A stretch of 64,000 nucleotides of DNA, taken from Candidatus Bathyarchaeia archaeon. Lineage in GTDB: Archaea > Thermoproteota > Bathyarchaeia > Bathyarchaeales > Bathycorpusculaceae. Positions 59,241-64,000 of the stretch are shown here, piece by piece. The position numbers and the translations under genes are program-made. How positions within the stretch are numbered: position 1 is the stretch's first letter; the number at the start of each line of letters is the position of its first letter. The stretch lies in NCBI GenBank assembly GCA_049516875.1, contig JBEKSS010000001.1:64001-128000 (forward strand), in the 5' to 3' direction. The notes under the pieces were generated by a model, which was not told the origin of the DNA, did not search any database, and worked only from the letters and a program-made list of their open reading frames with translations.

Positions 59241-62200
59241 ATGCCCTACATTAAAAGAATAGAGCTTAAGGGCTTCAAATCATTCGGGCCGCAAGGGGTT
59301 AAGATAGCTCTAGATAAAGGTTTCACAGTTATCACAGGTCCAAACGGAAGCGGAAAAACAAACATCTTGGACGCATTCTTGTTCTCGCTAGGTGAATTAA
59401 GCACTAGAAGGCTCCGCGCAGAAACTGCTGCTAAACTCATATTTCACGGATCTGAAAAAGCCGACCCAGAAAGGGCAAAAATGGCAAAGGTCGTGATACA
59501 ATTTGACAACTCAGATGGACGCATGCCTGTTGACACCGCCACAGTCACAATTTCACGTGAAGTCTACAGAAACGGACAGAGCGTCTACAGACTCAATGGA
59601 AGGAGAATCTCAAGAGCGCACAACATAGAGATTCTTTCCATGGCCGGAATCAGCTCCACGAGCCAGAACATAATTCTCCAAGGCGCTATAACCCGTCTGA
59701 CAGACATCTCACCCATGGAACGCCGAAAAATAATCGAAGATTTAGTGGGAATAGGTCAATATGACAGCGAAAAAGCCCAAGCAGAAGAAAAGCTGCGAGC
59801 AGCAGACATCTCCATCCGCACGGCCATGGGAAGAATAGATGAAGTGCAGAATAGGCTAGATGATCTCGAAAGAGAGCGCAACGAACTGTTGAAAGCCAAC
59901 TCCATTCACGGCGAGATAAGAAAGTTCGAAACAGTCAAGATTTCGTGCGAAATGGCACAGACGCAGAAGAAGGTGGAGAAGACTTCCCTGGAAGCCCAAA
60001 AAATCGGCGGCAAACTTGAAAAACTGAGACAGCTGCGCGATGACCGAAGATCCAAAAGGAGAGCAGTTGAAGGCGAATGGCGAAAACTAAGCTCAGAAAT
60101 AGTCGAAGAAGGCGGCTCACAAGTACTGAAAGTTCAGGTAAGAATCGGAGAACTCAAATCGAAACTAACAGAGTTGGCCACGAAAATAAGTTCTGGAAAA
60201 ACAAGTCTCGAAGGCCTAAGGCGCATAAAAGAAAACAATCTTGAACAGTACCAAACAATTCAAAAAGAGATACATGAAAACCGTTTAAGAATCAGACAGT
60301 CAAGAAACGAATATAACAGAATCTCCGACCAGACAAATCAAAAACAAGCTGAACACGATGCTCTCGCACAAGAAACTGTTCAGCTATGGGAAAACCTCGG
60401 CGAAAACAGCAAGAGAATCCGCGAAATCGAGCTTAAACTCGAAGATGACTACAAGAGACTTGCATTCCTAAGATCGGAATATCTGAAAAACCAGACGGCA
60501 ATCAGTGTGCGTAGTAGAAGACTTAAAGATCTAAACGACCGAAAAGCAAGATTCTCGGGAACAATGTGTGAACTGGAAAAGTCATTCCTCGAGCTGGAAA
60601 AAGTTCAGAAAGAACAGAGAACACAGCTGAAAAACCTAGAAAGAACACGCGAACGACGATTCGCACAGAAAGAGGCTGCTGAGAGGGAAATAACAGAAGC
60701 AGGAAAGATTGCTAATTCAGCACGCGAGGCAGTCGTAGAGTTTGTGACACAAAGAGAACTCGCGGAAACCGTCGCAGCAGAAGAAAAAGCATTGAGAAGC
60801 ATAGAAGAACTGGGCGAACTCGGCGTAATTCAAGGCGTGTATGGCAGACTACGCAACCTAATAAAGATAGACAAGAGCTTCCAGCGAGCAATAGAAGCTG
60901 CCGCAACCGGATGGCTAGACGCACTTATTGTAAAAGACCTTGATTCGGCCTTCACCTGCACAGAGATGCTGAGAAGGATGAAACTCGGGCGAATAAAGAT
61001 AATCCCGCTTCAAGAAGCGACAAACGTCAAGCCCGTGAAGGTTCCAGAAAAAGAGGGAATAAACGGGGCAGCTCAACTCTTCATGAAATGCGAGAGAAAC
61101 TACCAGCCAGCAATCAACTTTGTTTTCGGAGACACATTGATAGTTTCAGACGACAAGACCGCATCCGCCTTGTCCGCCCAAGGCCACCGAGCAGTCACTG
61201 TTAACGGAGACCTTTACGAGGTAGGCGGCGCGTTCGAAGGCGGATACTACCGCGCTCCCATAGACTTCTCCACGATAATCCCAAGCGAAGTAGCCATAAA
61301 AAGTCTAGACGAGGCAGTCAACGCGCTGCAACAACACCTCTCAAGAAGAGGAAGCGACATTACAGGTTTCGAAGAGGAAATCGCAAAGACCCGCGTTGAA
61401 ATCGCCCGTCTGTCAGAAGCCATTACAACACTGGAAAGGGAAATAACCAGAGTCAAGAGAAACATCAGGAGAACAAAATCCAACGTAAAACGAATTGATC
61501 ACCTCGTCACGCGGACAGACAAAGAAATAGAAAATGAAAAGGCACAGATGTGGATACACAGGGCCGAGAGAAGCACAATCCAGAAGGAAATGCGGAAACT
61601 CCAAACTGAGTTGACATCCTTAAGAAAGAAGGCAGATCCCGGACACATCCAGGAAATGGAAGTTGACAGAGAAAAACTCGCCGAAGAAATGATCACCCTA
61701 AGACAGAAGCTCGGCGCCACCCAGACTGAAACATCTACACTTCAGTCGCAATTCGACAACGTCTTAAGGGTTGGATATCAAAACTCAAAGATCCAAGTTT
61801 CAAAAGTCAACCAGCAACTGGGAAGAGTGGAGAAAGAAGTCGAAGAAGCATTGAAAGATAGAGAATCACTGAAGCAAGAATTGGGAGAACTCGAGAAAAG
61901 CAGAGTCCAACTTTCGAAGAGTGTTTTCTCAGCAAGAGAAGAATCCAAAAAATTCACGGCTCAAATTGACGACATAGACAAAGAACTCAAGAAACTTGAC
62001 CCTGAATATGAACAAGTTGACAGACTTCTGAACCAACTTCAACTGAACGTTCAAACATCCCTGCTGCAACTCGAACAGCACCGAAACCGGCTCAGACTTC
62101 TCGGCTACGAACAACCACTAACCGTGACGCCCAAGCAGGTTGAAGAGGCCGAAACTTCCATAAAAATGATGCAACTCGAACTTGAAAGAATAGGCGCTGT

Positions 62201-62792
62201 CAACCAACTTGCCCTGTCTCACTACGCAGATCAGATTTCGCGCTACAAGGAACTATCAATGAGAATGAACGAACTTGAAAAAGAAAAACAGGCAATACTA
62301 CAGTTCATGGATGAAATTGAACGCAAAAAACGCAGAGTCTTCACAGAAGCCTTCGACAAGATAAACCAAAACTTGCGAAAGTACTTTTCAAAGCTCACCG
62401 GAGGAGGCGAAACTACGCTGACGCTTGAAAACGCCGAAGACCCATTCCAAGGCGGTATAGACATGATCGTAACATTTCCGAATAAACCCTCAATAGTGGT
62501 GAGTGGAGCCAGCGGCGGCGAACGCTCAGTTGCGGCTGTCGCATTCATATTTGCCCTGAAAGAGTTCACCCCCGCATCGTTTTACGTTCTCGACGAAGTA
62601 GATGCGCACCTAGACGCACTGCATGTTTCAAAACTAGCGGATCTACTTCTAGAAGAGTCGGACAAGACCCAGTTCATAGTTATCACACTAAAGCCCGAAA
62701 TGGTGAACAAGGCACAGAAAGTCTACGGAGTCTACATGCGCGATGGAAACTCAAACGTCGTTTCGGCAAAATTCCTAGAGGTGCCAAGCTGA
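59241..62792 (+). CDS. smc: Chromosome segregation protein SMC
   Basis: GFKSF, GPNGSGKT, coiled coils, hinge, SGGE, LDEVDAHLD. Confidence 0.96.
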   Translation: MPYIKRIELKGFKSFGPQGVKIALDKGFTVITGPNGSGKTNILDAFLFSLGELSTRRLRAETAAKLIFHGSEKADPERAKMAKVVIQFDNSDGRMPVDTATVTISREVYRNGQSVYRLNGRRISRAHNIEILSMAGISSTSQNIILQGAITRLTDISPMERRKIIEDLVGIGQYDSEKAQAEEKLRAADISIRTAMGRIDEVQNRLDDLERERNELLKANSIHGEIRKFETVKISCEMAQTQKKVEKTSLEAQKIGGKLEKLRQLRDDRRSKRRAVEGEWRKLSSEIVEEGGSQVLKVQVRIGELKSKLTELATKISSGKTSLEGLRRIKENNLEQYQTIQKEIHENRLRIRQSRNEYNRISDQTNQKQAEHDALAQETVQLWENLGENSKRIREIELKLEDDYKRLAFLRSEYLKNQTAISVRSRRLKDLNDRKARFSGTMCELEKSFLELEKVQKEQRTQLKNLERTRERRFAQKEAAEREITEAGKIANSAREAVVEFVTQRELAETVAAEEKALRSIEELGELGVIQGVYGRLRNLIKIDKSFQRAIEAAATGWLDALIVKDLDSAFTCTEMLRRMKLGRIKIIPLQEATNVKPVKVPEKEGINGAAQLFMKCERNYQPAINFVFGDTLIVSDDKTASALSAQGHRAVTVNGDLYEVGGAFEGGYYRAPIDFSTIIPSEVAIKSLDEAVNALQQHLSRRGSDITGFEEEIAKTRVEIARLSEAITTLEREITRVKRNIRRTKSNVKRIDHLVTRTDKEIENEKAQMWIHRAERSTIQKEMRKLQTELTSLRKKADPGHIQEMEVDREKLAEEMITLRQKLGATQTETSTLQSQFDNVLRVGYQNSKIQVSKVNQQLGRVEKEVEEALKDRESLKQELGELEKSRVQLSKSVFSAREESKKFTAQIDDIDKELKKLDPEYEQVDRLLNQLQLNVQTSLLQLEQHRNRLRLLGYEQPLTVTPKQVEEAETSIKMMQLELERIGAVNQLALSHYADQISRYKELSMRMNELEKEKQAILQFMDEIERKKRRVFTEAFDKINQNLRKYFSKLTGGGETTLTLENAEDPFQGGIDMIVTFPNKPSIVVSGASGGERSVAAVAFIFALKEFTPASFYVLDEVDAHLDALHVSKLADLLLEESDKTQFIVITLKPEMVNKAQKVYGVYMRDGNSNVVSAKFLEVPS

Positions 62793-63478
62793 TGTCATCT
62801 ACAACCACCAGAAAGCCGTTCTACCTGCTTCCACCATGGAACATCCTCTTCGAGTTCCACAAACTTGAGAAGCTTGTCCCCTGGAACGTCAACATTGCCT
62901 ATTTGCTCACATCATTCCTTGAGCATATGGAAAAAACAGGACAAGTCGATTTCAGAGCCTCTGGCGTTGCCCTCGATTCTTCAGCCCTAATATACCTAAT
63001 GAAGTCAAAGCTTCTGCTGAAGCTGGAAGAACCCCCGCCACCCCCCAAGGCACCACAGGATTTCTTGCCTCCACCATTGTTTCTGCCCCTCAGACACGAA
63101 CTGACTTCAACAACAATAAGAAACCTGCTGGAAGTCCTAGACGATGTCTTGAAGGGCGAAAAACTAATCCGCCTTGAGAAAACGGTTGCACAAAACGTTC
63201 TGCCAACGCCCTCAGAGATTCTTCCAGAGTTAGACCTGTACTTGATGGAAATTGGACTCCAGATGGAAAAGCTCTACACCACTCTTTCGGACAGAGTGAA
63301 AGGTGCGGGTTTGATAGAGTTCTCAACCCTAGTAAGTGGTTCTGGACGACTGGAGGCTATCCGCACGTTTATTCTGTTGCTTTTCTTGGCCCAAGAGGGG
63401 AAGATAAACTTGTGGCAGAATGAAGAGACAGAGGAGATTTACATCACAGTTGGAGAGTTAAGACTTGCAGAAAGCTGA
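62792..63478 (+). CDS. scpA: Kleisin ScpA
   Basis: PWNVNI...MKSKLL; C-terminal FILLLFL...INLWQ; follows smc. Confidence 0.85.
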   Translation: MSSTTTRKPFYLLPPWNILFEFHKLEKLVPWNVNIAYLLTSFLEHMEKTGQVDFRASGVALDSSALIYLMKSKLLLKLEEPPPPPKAPQDFLPPPLFLPLRHELTSTTIRNLLEVLDDVLKGEKLIRLEKTVAQNVLPTPSEILPELDLYLMEIGLQMEKLYTTLSDRVKGAGLIEFSTLVSGSGRLEAIRTFILLLFLAQEGKINLWQNEETEEIYITVGELRLAES

Positions 63479-63998
63479 GAAACAGGCAATTAGTTCTGAT
63501 GTAGGTGTTAGGCAAGAAGAAAGCAGAGACAAAACACAGGATGACCTAGTGCTTGTGGAAGCCGCATTGTATGTTGCTGGACACCCGCTAGACATGAACG
63601 AGTTGTGCTCGGTTCTGAAGACACGGTCAAAAACCAAGACCAGAAAAGTTGTGGAAAAGCTAGTTCAAGACTACCTAAACAGAAACACGGCCCTCGAAAT
63701 CTTGAAACTGAAAGATGAAAGATTTGTCATGCAGTTAAAGAGTGATTTCACGCCTCATGTCAAGAGATTCGTTAACAGACCGCTTCTCTCTGTTGGCCCA
63801 TTGAAGACGCTCTCTTACATAGCTTACAGACAACCAGTAGCCCAGAAAAGGGTCGTTGACGTACGAGGCCACCATGCTTATGGACACATCAAAGAGCTGA
63901 AGGACATGGGCCTGATTGCCAGCGAAAGAAACGGACGCTCTATGATTATCAGGACGACCGAATACTTTTCAGATTACTTTGGCCTAAGCCAAGACACG
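63465..63998 (+). CDS. scpB: ScpB, 3' end outside window
   Basis: Manual translation from TTG 63465: VEAALYVAGHPL, LKTLSYIAYRQPV, RG, TTEYFSDYFGL. Confidence 0.9.
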   Translation, partial: MQKAEKQAISSDVGVRQEESRDKTQDDLVLVEAALYVAGHPLDMNELCSVLKTRSKTKTRKVVEKLVQDYLNRNTALEILKLKDERFVMQLKSDFTPHVKRFVNRPLLSVGPLKTLSYIAYRQPVAQKRVVDVRGHHAYGHIKELKDMGLIASERNGRSMIIRTTEYFSDYFGLSQDT

Positions 63999-64000
63999 GC

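Overview
Archaeal chromosomal window, most consistent with Bathyarchaeia (TACK); this is inferred from a Cren7-like chromatin gene, the H4MPT enzymes Ftr and Mtd, aRF1, aEF-2, RtcB/archease, XPB-Bax1 and SMC-ScpA-ScpB. Most of it is dense housekeeping and metabolic DNA with two tRNA genes (Gly-TCC with a non-canonical intron, and Ala-TGC). The notable exception is an accessory region at about 13.0-21.6 kb. It is cut into small gene-bearing modules by seven copies of a near-palindromic core site (GGGGTAAAGTTTTATCCCC). For several modules the variable arm at the left end is the reverse complement of the arm at the right end, as expected for excisable or invertible gene cassettes. No recombinase is encoded in the window. 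Several small genes below the ORF-track cutoff, an apparent CTG start codon and a candidate structured RNA were also found. All product calls come from motif recognition by eye, not database searches.
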